DNA of 63,708 bases, counting the filler, from Octopus bimaculoides (lineage: Eukaryota), in the NCBI RefSeq assembly GCF_001194135.2. It is 6 parts of 6 records of this genome, joined end to end, with 100 filler letters (N's around TTAATTAATTAA, not from the genome) between each part and the next. Parts side by side here need not be neighbours in the genome. Positions count along the whole stretch, not along the records: positions 22,256 to 42,963 come from NC_068991.1; positions 43,064 to 52,642 come from NC_069004.1; positions 52,743 to 62,374 come from NC_068982.1; 3 more parts are not named here. One strand, given 5' to 3'. Made by a program: the position numbers and the translations under genes. A model generated the notes under the pieces. It was not told where the DNA came from, did no database searches, and was given only the letters and a program-made list of their open reading frames with translations. This document shows, in pieces, positions 39,880-53,764 of the stretch. Position 1 is the first letter of the stretch; every line of letters begins with the position of its first letter.

Positions 39880-40045
39880 TATATTTGGCAACCCCAGTTC
39901 TGAAGTGGTGCTTGTTTTATCGACCCCGAAGGGATGAAAGCCAAAGTCGACCCAGGTGGCAATTTGAACTCAGAACATGAAGACAGAAGAAATTCTGCTA
40001 AGCATTTTTCCCGACGTTCTAACGATTTTGCCGCCTCGCCGCCAT
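39880..40045 (-). mobile_element. SINE family A
   Basis: Reverse complement contains GAGTTCAAATTGCCACCTGGGTCGACTTTGGCTTTCATCCC. Confidence 0.75.
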
Positions 40046-40090
40046 TGATAACAACAATGATAATAATCCTTTCTAGTAAAGGCACATATA

Positions 40091-40590
40091 TATTGGGTCA
40101 TCGCATAAATGATGCGGTATTTTCAATTGCATGAACTAAAATTCGGAGAGAGATGGAATAAACTACCTGCATCAACTTGCTATAAAAGCAGGTAAAAATA
40201 TTACCTTATACTTATTCTTGTGCAAGTTTTGGAGAGTGCAATTCGATTTTAACAGTTATTTTTTTTTTCAAGGTCATAATAGGAGTGATAAAACAGCATA
40301 TTCGACATATTTCGGTTTATGAGTTCAATAAAGGCAACAACGCAACATAAAGTGTGTGGAATATTCAGGCAGTATTGGGGATCGGACAATAAGCAGAAGT
40401 CAGCGCCAACAATGGTTCCACAAATTCCAAGCCGGAAGCTACAACCTGGAAGACGAGCCTCGTCCTGGAAGATTTGTAGAGCTCGACGAGGAAGTCCAGC
40501 AAACCTTGGTGAGACAAAATCCCATCGTAACTGTTGAGGAACTGGCAGATTAGATTTCGTCATTCAACCACTCATCGACACCTGCGAATT
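40091..40590 (+). mobile_element. Mariner transposon remnant (5' TIR plus N-terminal HTH region of transposase; 3' part missing)
   Basis: TA then TTGGGTCATCGCATAAAT. Broken translation QHIRHISVYEFNKGNNAT..QQWFHKFQAGSYNLEDEPRPGR..ELDEE..VRQNPIVTVEELA matches the Mos1/Hsmar-type DNA-binding domain. Confidence 0.85.
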
Positions 40591-41573
40591 AAAGGCGAAT
40601 TATATTCAATATATATATATATAGTATAAAACCACTGAACTGATGAAGAATAGTATATACCATCAGATATAGTCAGTGTGCTTCCCAATTGTGCGCCTGA
40701 AATTTTGCTTAAACCAACAGATGAATGATTTCTTTCTGTTTTTAAACATCATGGATAGCGGAGAACATATTAGACAGCTTTTGCTATCAGTTATTGTTAA
40801 GAGTAAAATATTCTTTGTTCGATCGTATAAAGTCTGATTTGGTTTCTCGTTATACTGGCTATGCGAGTGTAAATAGATCGGATCAACGGAAAGCCTAGCA
40901 AACTGGGGGGGGGGGAACTGAAATAACCGATCTGAAGTAAAATCAAGAATACGCTCTTCATATCGATGCAATATTGAAATAAATATTTATGAAGCACTAG
41001 AAATTCTCGTACACATATAAATCAATGAGATACTTCATATAAAGCAAACCTCTCTGGAGATAAATTAGTACGGAACAATACTAGATAATAAGTCACTTTT
41101 TTTCTTTTTACGTAATTTTATGGGAAAGCAAAGATACACATTTACGAATAATGGATTCGGTAAAGTGTTTTTTGACACAGAAAAGCTTTTGTCTCTCTTT
41201 GTTCAGCTTAAGAGAGAAGAATATGAATATTCGTTTATTTATTAATTCAGAATTTCATGGAAGAATATCATATATCTATATATAATATTATATATATATA
41301 CATACACAAATACACACAAATATGCATACACACACACACACGCACACATACGTATACATATGCAGATAGATAGACAGATAGGCAGACAGACAGAAAGATA
41401 TATATATAATATATATTTACATTTATATATGTATGCATATATATATATATGTATGCATATATATATATATATANNNNNNNNNNNNNNNNNNNNNNNNNNN
41501 NNNNNNNNNNNNNNNNNNNNNNNNNNNNNNNNNNNNNNNNNNNNNNNNNNNNNNNNNNNNNNNNNNNNNNNNN

Positions 41574-41609
<36 letters not shown>

Positions 41610-41679
41610 CATATATACATACAAATATATACACACATGTATATATGTATATATATATATAATACACATATGCAGATAT

Positions 41680-41990
41680 GGGTACAGGATGTCACCAACA
41701 GTAAACAACATGAAATACGAAAACAAATGAGTTCAATACGCAAACAACGAGAGAAATAAATGGAAAACAGGACAAGTAACACAAAGAAAGACTCTTCATC
41801 TGTTGTCGGTTGTCTATCCACTTCTCGTTTCCAGCATTGAACGACAATATGAGTCTTCGAAAACAGTTGCTCCCACATGTACCAAATTAAATTTTGGATT
41901 TATAGAGGGTGTAATTTGGGAACAAAAACAGGGCAGTGGAGACATACAAGGAAACCGAACAAAAACAAACATGAAGGTTCGTTAGACGAG
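41680..41990. repeat. Unclassified dispersed repeat, related to the foldback arms at 60541-60930
   Basis: 41885-41939 aligns with the reverse complement of about 60875-60930 and shares AACAAAAACAGG(G/A)CAGT with 60551-60567. Confidence 0.5.
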
Positions 41991-42412
41991 AACGAAGCTA
42001 AAATAGCGAACACTGCAGAAATATTTTCTTTGGAAAGAGAAAAGATAGAAGAGAGACAATACTTCGAGTCCTTAGGACACCAATTATTGGTTATAGTAAT
42101 TAATTAGAAATCGCCAAGTGAGACCAATTCAGAACAAACTGACGTAAATTCCTATCTCATATTATAACGTAATGAACCTCTTGAATTAATTCGCTCCAAT
42201 CTTTCCTCCCACCGTAGCCCACGATGAGCAGCAGTAACGAAAAGAACCCCATCAGCAGCAGCAAAACCAACAACAATTCAAATAACTGCAACACCAGCAG
42301 CAGCAGCAGCAGCCACAACGACGACGACAGCAACAAGGTCTTCTCAGCCATCAGACGACAATAGACTCACCACCGTCATCATCGACATCGTCATTGTTGC
42401 TACCACCAAATC

Positions 42413-42600
42413 GGCGAGCTGGCAGAAACGTTAGTACGCCGGGCGAAATGCTTGGCGGTATTTCGTCTGACATCATGTTCTGAGTTCAAATGCCGCCGGG
42501 GTCGACTTTGCCTTTCATGCTTTCGAGGTCGATAAATCAGATATCACTTACGCAGTTAATCGACTGGTCCCCTCCCCAAAAGTTTCAGGTTTTGTGCCTA
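42413..42600 (+). mobile_element. SINE family A, near full length
   Basis: GGCGAGCTGGCAGAAACGTTAG..GAGTTCAAATGCCGCC..GTCGACTTTGCCTTTCAT..TTGTGCCT. Confidence 0.85.
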
Positions 42601-42665
42601 TTGTATTTATATGTGCTCTTCTTCTTCTTCTTCTTCTTCTTCTCCTCCACTTTCTTCTTCTTCTT

Positions 42666-42910
42666 CTGTCCCAAACAACAATATCCAGACTATTACGTTT
42701 ACATTTGACAGAAGTTTTAATGGCAATATTCTACCCGTATTCCTAGAGTTGGTGCTTATGAATGTATTCCATGACAGAGAGATTTTCTAAGTTTCTTTCA
42801 GGACATCTCTTTTGCAGATGGCATTGTAAATTGTTTTAGCGACAACATCGTGCCGCGTAGAGAGGTAGTAACGCGATGACATTTTAGGACAGTTGCTAAT
42901 CAATGCAACT
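42666..42910 (-). mobile_element. Internal fragment of the same R4/Dong-like LINE family as 2243-4862 (CCHC to REL start)
   Basis: Reverse complement aligns to about 4205-4450 (e.g. GCTAAAACAATTTACAATGCCATC and ATGGAATACATTCATAA identical); roughly 80% by eye. Confidence 0.9.
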
Positions 42911-43133
42911 GAATCTTTATTATGTTTAATCTTATATATGTGTATATATATATATATATATATNNNNNNNNNNNNNNNNNNNNNNNNNNNNNNNNNNNNN
43001 NNNNNNNTTAATTAATTAANNNNNNNNNNNNNNNNNNNNNNNNNNNNNNNNNNNNNNNNNNNNAAGTTGAAGTGAAGTATGGTGAATAAAATCAAAATAA
43101 GCTCATATTATATATACACATACACACACACGC

Positions 43134-43171
<38 letters not shown>

Positions 43172-43355
43172 ATGTGTTTATACATACATGCGTCGATATC
43201 AACAGTTATCTGCAGTCAAAGGTTTCGTGGGTGCCGTATTTTCATGTCAGCACAGATGGGGGGGTGTGTCGACGTGACTTTCCAATCCAGTGCACATCAA
43301 CCGGAAGCGCAGGTGTGCATTTCATTCATTGCTTTTACGATTGCATAACAACCCA

Positions 43356-43394
<39 letters not shown>

Positions 43395-43644
43395 GTATAT
43401 ATGTGTGTGTGTGTGTGTATTTCTTCCTTTTACAAATACTCAGATGCGTTTGACTTCTAACTCTACGACGCACACGGTAACTCGCAAGCAACAACCCAAT
43501 TCGCCGTGTATACCGAAGCACCATTGTTAATAAATTCTAAATATTTATATATACATATATATATATCACTAGTACCGTGTTGTATCCGGGTCTTTTATGC
43601 TTGAACAAATACGACCCGTGTTGACACTGTCGTACCAGGATGTT

Positions 43645-44445
<801 letters not shown>

Positions 44446-44462
44446 TGTTGACAGAAAGATAA

Positions 44463-44515
<53 letters not shown>

Positions 44516-44579
44516 CAGGTAGGTAGGTAGGTAGGTAGGTAGGTATTTATTTATTTATTTGTATGTGTGCGTGTGTCTG

Positions 44580-44790
44580 TGTTTGTCTCGCACCACCGCT
44601 TGACAACCGGTATTAGTGTATTTATGTCCTCGTAACCTTAGCGGTTCGGCAAAACAGACTGATAGAATAAGTACCAGGCTTTACAAAAAGAAAAGAAAAA
44701 AAATCAAGTACTGGGTTCCATTCATTCGACTTAGGTTCTTCAAGACGATGTCCCAGCCGCAGTCTAATGACTGAAATAAGTAAAAGATAT
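44580..44790 (+). mobile_element. SINE family B tail module (another at 47070-47225; partial at 18520-18615)
   Basis: CGCTTGACAACCGG..GCGGTTCGGCAAAA..GATAGAATAAGTACC. Confidence 0.75.
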
Positions 44791-45254
44791 AAAATATATA
44801 TTTTTTTGGTTCTCCGTCAGTTGCGGCAGTAGCAGCAGCAGCAGCATTGGTAGTAGTTAGTATTGGTAGCAGCAGATGTGATAGTAGTTATATTAGAGCG
44901 AAGATGGGGACGGCATCAACTGTGTATGTTGGTAGCAATTAAAAATCTCATCGATCGCATTGCACCGAAGCGACCAGATGATATACGGTTAATGATGGCG
45001 TGAATAAAAGTCGAATGCCTGTTAATTATGTCGAGAAATCGTTGTTGCTATTTATTTAGCCTTTCAATGCATACATGAATAACAACAAGCAGAATCAGCA
45101 ACGTTTTAAGCTTGATACTAGATCTCTAGAGTAAGCCATCCTTTCGGTTTGCGATCAAAAATTGAGCGCCGAAATATTTTTTTCCTGCTGTAAAAAAGCA
45201 CAACGTCTGAAATTTTTCGGGGAACGAAGTTAGACGTTTATATCGTTCCCTACT

Positions 45255-45625
45255 GATCAACTGGTGCTTATTTTATCGACCTAGAAAGGATGAAAGGCAA
45301 AGTCGACCTCGGCGAAATTTGAACTCTCAGAGCGAAAAAGACTGGAAGAGATACTGCTAACCATTTCTTTCCGAACCGTTAACGATTCTACCAACTCGCC
45401 GCTTTTAATAAAAATCGTTTCTATTATAGTCAAAAGGCCTGAAATTTTGGAAGACGCGGTGGGCTAGTCAACTGAATCGACCCCAGTGTTAAACTGGTAT
45501 TTTATTTTTATCGACTCCGAAAGGATGAAAGGCAAAGTCTAGCTCGGCGGAATTTGAGCTCAGAGCGTAAAGCCGGAAGAATTGCCGCTAAGCATTTTTG
45601 TTCGACGCGCTTACAATTCTGTCAC
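45255..45625 (-). mobile_element. Two tandem family A SINEs
   Basis: GAAAGGATGAAAGGCAAAGTC occurs at about 45285 and 45520, each followed by ATTTGA(A/G)CTCAG. Confidence 0.8.
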
Positions 45626-46017
45626 GCGGTGGAAGGGAACAAACACCAAAACATACTCACATATACATCTATAGACGACGGGCTTCCACGCAGTTTCCGT
45701 CTTCCAAATTAAATTAACTTACAAGGCATTGGTCGACCCGGAGCTATAGTAAAAGACACTTGCTCAAGGTGCTGCGCTGTAGTGGGACCGAACCCGAAAC
45801 CATGTGGTTGCAAAGCGACCTTCTTAATACGTGTTGGTGTTGTTGTTGTTGGTGGTGGTTTATGAATGACGCCGAAGTAAACTTTGCCATTCAATCCTTG
45901 CTTTGAGGGAGCGATAGGAATAAAGCCCTTGTGAAGAGGTGGAGATCGATGCGTTTATAAATCGATTGCTAATCTGTGCCAACGTGCAGTTCATTGACTA
46001 AAAAACATCCTAAACAA

Positions 46018-46050
<33 letters not shown>

Positions 46051-46319
46051 CTACCCGCATCGCTTTACCTTGGGACGGCGAAGTCGAGACATGTGAATGA
46101 CACACCTGTTGGAGACCTATGCTGCTTCATCAATATTCATTAGTCGATCAATAGTTATTAGTCAACACACACACTCAAACACACATTATGCATGCTCACA
46201 TACATATACACACACTTATTATACATGCAAACACATACATACACTCTCTCTCCATCTCTCTGTCTCTTTATATCTCTTTCTCTCATATTTATATCTCTTT
46301 CTATATATCTATCTATTTA

Positions 46320-46372
<53 letters not shown>

Positions 46373-47261
46373 CTTGATTGTTCTGTGTCGTTCCTTTCCC
46401 CTTATTAAAAACTGCAACTTGTTGAATCAGATTTGGTTAGTATTTCAAACATGGTCGACATTAGAGACTATTCACTCCCTCGTACACGTAATCATGCTTC
46501 CACTTGAGTGTGTGTGTGTGTGTTTCTTTCCAATACCCCACCATCCTCCGAACTAACCCGTATTCCTAGTCCTCCACCTAACCAAGACGACCACCACCAT
46601 CACCACCAATATATCATCCTTCTCGAATCTTCTAAGACTCTGCTCGTGAAGCCGTTTCTGCAAGAGTAGACCTGCAACAAATAAACAGAAACATTAACGG
46701 CATTGAATTCACCCGAGTCTCTCGGAGCACCTACAAAGGGCATAAGCACGGCCACTTCTTCTGGACAAGTGGTTTTCAGCCGCGGTCAGTATGACCTTTG
46801 TGGATCCGTATAAAATTTAGTGTTATTTAACGTTCGTTGCAATAAGTTGCATCGTGTTTGTATTAAACGTTAAAGAAATGATCGATTGGTTAGTTGGTTA
46901 ACTATTTAAGCGGTTCATCAAACAAGAAGTGACATCGAATCAGTGCGTGTATTTATTATTATTGGCACAATGACCCTCCCAAGATGCAATAAATTTGGTT
47001 ATAATTCTACAATACTTGAAATATTTTTAACAATTTTTTTATACAATATTTAATTCTAAAAATACAATGTCCCGACACGCGCGCCGCTTGACAACCGGTG
47101 TTTGTGTGTTTACCTTCCCGTAATATTAGCAGTTTGGCAAGAGAGACCGATTGGATAAGTACCAAAGGTTTTTTTTTTTTTTTTTTTGAAAAATAAGTAC
47201 TGAGTTTGATTTATTTGTTAGTACATAAATCCATTTCCATACCAAGTTCATCGAATTTTTG

Positions 47262-47292
<31 letters not shown>

Positions 47293-48244
47293 NNNNNNNN
47301 NNNNNNNNNNNNNNNNNNNNNNNNNNNNNNNNNNNNNNNNNNNNNNNNNNNNNNNNNNNNNNNNNNNNNNNNNNNNNNNNNNNNNNNNNNNNNNNNNNNN
47401 NNNNNNNNNNNNNNNNNNNNNNNNNNNNNNNNNNNNNNNNNNNNNNNNNNNNNNNNNNNNNNNNNNNNNNNNNNNNNNNNNNNNNNNNNNNNNNNNNNNN
47501 NNNNNNNNNNNNNNNNNNNNNNNNNNNNNNNNNNNNNNNNNNNNNNNNNNNNNNNNNNNNNNNNNNNNNNNNNNNNNNNNNNNNNNNNNNNNNNNNNNNN
47601 NNNNNNNNNNNNNNNNNNNNNNNNNNNNNNNNNNNNNNNNNNNNNNNNNNTATATATATATATATACACACCTGTATAGATATTTCTCTATCATTTTATT
47701 TACCTATCAGTCTATGTGTTTATATAAAAAGGTGTGTATGCCTTATATATATATATATACACACACCCACACATATTCAATAATATTTATGTATATTACA
47801 TAATACATAGATATTTATTGTAGTGTGTGTGTGTGTGTGTGTCGTATGTATACAGCAGGTAGTAGTAACATGTCTTTTTTCCATGCTTCTTGCAACATTG
47901 ATTATCTCTGACCTTGCTGATGTCGTCGTCTGTTTCATTGAATTCTCTCCCCTTCTTTCTCTCTTGCCTCTCTCTCTGTCTCATATCTTCTTCTTCTCCA
48001 ACCTTTTCTCTTTCTTTTTCTTTTTTTCTCTCACACTCAGCAACTTTCTCTAAGCTTTCCATTCCCCCCATCTCTCTCTCTCTCTCTCTCATCACTCTGT
48101 AATAAGCTATCTTGCTATCCATCTCTCCCTCTCTCTTCCTATCTCTCTTTCTCCCTCTCTCTTTCTCATTTGACGCAACGCCATGTCGCATAAAAATTGA
48201 TTCGTACAAACGTAAGATGAGGTAAAAATATCACGCGCATACAC

Positions 48245-48284
<40 letters not shown>

Positions 48285-48909
48285 CCACACTTATACATTC
48301 ACCCACACGCTATATTTATAAATAAATATTACAAATACATACACATATATATAAATACACGTACATATTCACACAGAGGACGCAGTTTCGATCCCACTGT
48401 GATTTCTTCAGGCCATGTATCTTTTCTCATGGCCTCGGAGCTATCCATGGCCCACCCATGCCTTATAAGAGAAACTAGATCGAGGCAAAGGTTATCAACG
48501 CCATCGCACGTACTATTGCGTGAAGGCGACACGTGTCTGTGGAATACTCGTCCACATGGACGCTAGACTTCAAAGAGCAGAGTAAGTTCAATGGAATATT
48601 CGTCGTGGCAAACGACCGAGATCCATTGTCAAACCTGTTCTCTTTATACTTCATACCGAGACACGTTTTTTCTCCTCCTTCGTCTGTCCATCATTATCTC
48701 AACGATCCGTGCTTTTAATCGGATTCGTCTCTCCCCGAAAATAGCCGAAATGTCGATGGAATCGTTCCTAAAAACAACAGACATTGTCCCTTATCCTCAT
48801 ATTTTACTGCTACCGACATTTTTATCACCCAAAATTTCTCTCTCTCTCTCCCTCTCGATGTGTATTTGTCATCTTCAACGTCTGCATTCCTATATCAAAG
48901 TCCACTCCA

Positions 48910-48954
<45 letters not shown>

Positions 48955-49541
48955 GTCTGTCTGTCTGTCGATCTATCTATCTATCTAGATAGATAGAGAG
49001 ATATAGATAGGTAGAGAGATATAGATAGAGAGAGAGAGAGAGACATTTGTCTATCTATCAATCTATCTATGTCTATCTAGATTTATCTGTCTCAATTATC
49101 ACTATTTCGTAATCTCTATTTTTCTGTATCGTCTGCCATCCTCCATTTCTATCAATATGTGTATATACAAGTGTGATGTGTTTGTTTGTCTCTGTGTGTG
49201 TGTGGATGTTGTGTCTTAACGTGTATCTCCATCACGTTTATCCTTGTCTTTGCTTTATTGTCTGCATTCCTTTATTTTCAATTTCATCCCCTCCATTTCT
49301 ATTTCATTCATCTGTCTTCTGCATACCTTGATATTTACCATATCAATGAATATGTATACATACATATGGAGGAGGGAAGAGGTATATACATACATACGTA
49401 TTGTATTGTATAATATATATATACTTTTTGGCTTCAACGGAATGACACGTGGAAAATAAATGAAGGTATACTCAATAAAATAAACACTTTTGTGTCACAT
49501 TCGAGGACAAGTTGTCAACTATTAGATAGAGAAACAAATAA

Positions 49542-49614
<73 letters not shown>

Positions 49615-49675
49615 GGTAGATAGATAGATAGATAGATAGATAGAGATAGATAGATATAGATAGATAGACAGATAG

Positions 49676-49741
<66 letters not shown>

Positions 49742-50057
49742 ATAGATAGAGATATATACAGATAGATAGGGAGGGGGAAGGGAGGGAGGGAGGTAGATAG
49801 ATAGATAGATAGATAGGTACGTACATGGTCACACAAAGCAGCACGCATGCACATACACACACACTATTTTCTAAGTGTCTCTTTATAATTCCGTTACCCT
49901 TAGCCAATGCCACCATCATTAACATCGATCATTCTCTCTTTCTCCCTCCATCTTTCTTTCCCAATCAATCTTATCATTCTTTACTCTTTCCTTCTCCCCG
50001 TCTATCTATTCAGTCTCTTAATGTAACAACTTCCTACTTCCTTTCTCTCTCCTCTTG

Positions 50058-50088
<31 letters not shown>

Positions 50089-51489
50089 ATATGTATGTGT
50101 GCGTTTCTGTGTATATGTATGTCTGTGCGTTTCTGTGTATGTGTGTGTATGTATCTGTGTAATATAGATGTGTTAATGTGTGTCTATATATGTGTATATA
50201 TGCCTGTTTATGTGTTTCAGTGTGCATGTGTTTATATCTATGTGTGTATGTGTTTATACCTGTGTTTATATAGGTGTGTATGTATATATATGTTTATATA
50301 TGTATGTGTGTGTGTGTGTAACAATTATTAATTTGTGAGTTAATTATANNNNNNNNNNNNNNNNNNNNNNNNNNNNNNNNNNNNNNNNNNNNNNNNNNNN
50401 NNNNNNNNNNNNNNNNNNNNNNNNNNNNNNNNNNNNNNNNNNNNNNNNNNNNNNNNNNNNNNNNNNNNNNNNNNNNNNNNNNNNNNNNNNNNNNNNNNNN
50501 NNNNNNNNNNNNNNNNNNNNNNNNNNNNNNNNNNNNNNNNNNNNNNNNNNNNNNNNNNNNNNNNNNNNNNNNNNNNNNNNNNNNNNNNNNNNNNNNNNNN
50601 NNNNNNNNNNNNNNNNNNNNNNNNNNNNNNNNNNNNNNNNNNNNNNNNNNNNNNNNNNNNNNNNNNNNNNNNNNNNNNNNNNNNNNNNNNNNNNNNNNNN
50701 NNNNNNNNNNNNNNNNNNNNNNNNNNNNNNNNNNNNNNNNNNNNNNNNNNNNNNNNNNNNNNNNNNNNNNNNNNNNNNNNNNNNNNNNNNNNNNNNNNNN
50801 NNNNNNNNNNNNNNNNNNNNNNNNNNNNNNNNNNNNNNNNNNNNNNNNNNNNNNNNNNNNNNNNNNNNNNNNNNNNNNNNNNNNNNNNNNNNNNNNNNNN
50901 NNNNNNNNNNNNNNNNNNNNNNNNNNNNNNNNNNNNNNNNNNNNNNNNNNNNNNNNNNNNNNNNNNNNNNNNNNNNNNNNNNNNNNNNNNNNNNNNNNNN
51001 NTCTCTCTCTCTCTCTCTCTCTCTCTCTATTCCTTTACGTTCTCTCTCTCTCTCTTTGTTCTCTCTGTCTTTTCTTTTTGCTCTCTTTATTTTCTCCCTT
51101 TCTATCTGTTAACTTTCTTTCTCTTTCTTTCTACATGTTTCTTTGTTTTCTTCCTATCTTTGTGTTCTCTCCCCCCACCTCTCACTCTCTCTCCCTTTCT
51201 CCCTGTGTCTAGGAAGAATTCCGAAGCAGATGCTAATATTTGGTTCCGTTGCCAAAAGAGAAACATAAAATTTCGAATTATTCTTCACGTGTCTTCACAT
51301 AATTTTGTCTGTATGTTGTGTTTAGACCAGCTTAGATCTCAATGAGTAAATTTACGATTAAAAGCGTTCCAAGCGTGACTACGTTGCCTGATTTCATTCC
51401 TCTCTTCTTTATGGTGGTAGAAAGTGGTTTGAGGTGACTAAGCTGCTATTTCTAACTGTCGCACTACATGAAAGCTCCTTCCTGTGTAT

Positions 51490-51862
51490 CTTTTATCTTT
51501 TACTTGTTTCAGTTATTAGACTGCGACCATACTGGGGCAACGCCTTGATGAATTTTAGTCGAACTAATCGACCTTAGTACTTATTTTCTGTTTTGTCGAA
51601 CCGCTAAGTTGCGGGGACGTAAACACACCAACACTGGTTGTCAAGCTGTGATAGCGGGGGGGGGGGACAGACACATAGACACACACACACACATAGATAT
51701 ACATACATACATATACGTACATGTATACGACGGGCTTCTTTCAGTTTCCGCCTTCCAAATCTACTAACAAAGCTTTGGTCAGCCCAAGGCAAATAGTAGA
51801 AGACACTTGTCCAAGGTGCCACGCAGTGGGACTGAACCCGGAGCCATGTGGTTGGGAAGTAA
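51490..51862 (-). mobile_element. Full composite family B SINE: tRNA-like head, internal microsatellite, tail module
   Basis: Head 51720-51862, (CA)/(ACAT) tract 51665-51720 and tail 51490-51660 are all in the same orientation. Confidence 0.8.
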
Positions 51863-51918
51863 GGGTCGATTTGTTTGATCAAACCCTTCAAAACGATGCC
51901 CAAGTATAGCCTCAATCC

Positions 51919-51958
<40 letters not shown>

Positions 51959-52777
51959 AAGGTAGATAGGTAGGTAGGTAGGTAGGTAAGTTGATGGATA
52001 TTTCGGTTGTAACGGTTACATAAGTGACTGAGGGGTTGGGGGTAGGTTACATTGTGTAAATGGAGGTTGACGAGTCAGTCAGAAGTACAGAAGTTAGGAA
52101 ATGGGGAGATGCGTTAAGCCGCCGACATTGTCCTTCGTTATATAGTTTGTGCAAGGTAATGTAATGATAAAAATGACTGATACAGTGTAACGAGAGAGGG
52201 GGAAGGGGAGAGCGAGTAGTAGTAGTAGAGAGAGATAGAGTGCAAAGAGGGGGGGATGAATGAGAAAGTAAAAGGAGAGAAATTATAAAGGAAGGAGAAT
52301 ATATGTGTGTGTGTGTGTTCGTGAGAAAGCGAAAGAGTGAGAGAATGCAAAGAGAAAGTGAAAGAATGAGAGAATGTGAAAGAGAGAAAGTAAAGCGGAT
52401 AGAGTGAGTGACATGAGAAAGAGTAAGTGGCGAGAGAGAGAGAGAAGGTGAGATATTTTCATTCATATAAATGATGACATCGAAAAATCTGAATGGAAAA
52501 AACGAAACGAAATATTTGGCGTTTTTTTTATTTATTATTTTTTTAATTTTGTGTCTTTATGACCCAAAACAGTAATAATAATTTATAATGATTTGATAAC
52601 AAAAAAGAAAAACCACAGAATATATATATATATATATATATANNNNNNNNNNNNNNNNNNNNNNNNNNNNNNNNNNNNNNNNNNNNTTAATTAATTAANN
52701 NNNNNNNNNNNNNNNNNNNNNNNNNNNNNNNNNNNNNNNNNNATATATATATATATATATGAAGAGAGAGAGAGAAG

Positions 52778-52831
<54 letters not shown>

Positions 52832-52839
52832 AAAAGAGA

Positions 52840-52871
<32 letters not shown>

Positions 52872-53131
52872 AAGAGATAGGGAGGGAAAGAAAGAGAGAG
52901 AGAAAGAGAGAAAGAGAGACAGAGAGAGAAGTTATGAGAGGTAATGGTGTCATTAAGACCCCGTAATGCTGAGTGCTATGTATAGAGCATAGTTAAGCGC
53001 CAGGTTCGGTGATTATGCGAATAAGGAATCCAACGTAGGTCATATATCAGCTTGTGTATATATAATTTTTTTTTTTAGAATGAGATAAAAAACCAAGGCT
53101 GTGAAGATTTTAGCACATTTATAAATAGAAG

Positions 53132-53179
53132 GTCTTACAGCTGTTTCCAGGATATTTATTATATCCTTTCATCGGAGAC
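53132..53179 (-). ncRNA. Minimal type I hammerhead ribozyme motif (Penelope-type), with a U4C core variant
   Basis: Minus strand: GUCU | CCGAUGA | AAGGAUAU-AAUAA-AUAUCCUG | GAA | AC-AGCU-GU | A | AGAC. Stem I 4 bp, stem II 7 bp, palindromic helix III (ACAGCUGU), GUA cleavage triplet. Confidence 0.75.
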
Positions 53180-53253
53180 GGTGTGAGAATATGGTTAAGT
53201 AATAGTTAATTTAGATAAGATACGAAATAGAGAGTGAAGTGGAAGAATGAATA

Positions 53254-53330
<77 letters not shown>

Positions 53331-53402
53331 TGTGTGTGCACGTGTGTGTGTGTATATGTATGTATGTATGTATTTATGTATGTATGTATGTATGTATGTA
53401 TA

Positions 53403-53560
53403 TATGAGAGGAGTATCCAAAAGAAACCGGAATTGTGTAATGTGTATTCACTTCGTTTTACATGTTTACACTTTTATCGCCTTCAAATTATTTTCCATTT
53501 GAAACAACACATCACTCCAGAAGCGTTTTCCACTGTTCTAACCAGTGTTGTAACCTTGCG
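53403..53560. mobile_element. Possible mariner-like terminal remnant
   Basis: TATGAGAGGAGTATCCAAAAGAAACCGGAAT resembles a mariner TIR (TACGAGGG.GT.TCCAAAAG); no partner TIR seen. Confidence 0.3.
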
Positions 53561-53764
53561 AAATGATTCCTTTTAAAGGATGCGATGATGTCTAAGCAGG
53601 AGTAGCTTAGCTTGACATTATAGTGTTTCAAAGTTTTTAATACTTATGGCCTCTGGGGAAATGTTTCTTTATTAACGACAAGAAGACCCCGGCTACGTTG
53701 GTAGGAACCCTAGGTTAAATGGGGGCGGTTATATCATATTATTTTTTTCATCACGAGGGCTACA

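Noticed and set aside
41790-41840. Minus-strand GAAAC...CAGAUGA in the unclassified repeat
   Set aside because: Core is mutated and I could not build stems I and II.
48365-48720. GC-richer block with acceptor, donor and short ORFs
   Set aside because: No open frame between the splice sites, and it aligns with the family D SINE at 13605-13755.
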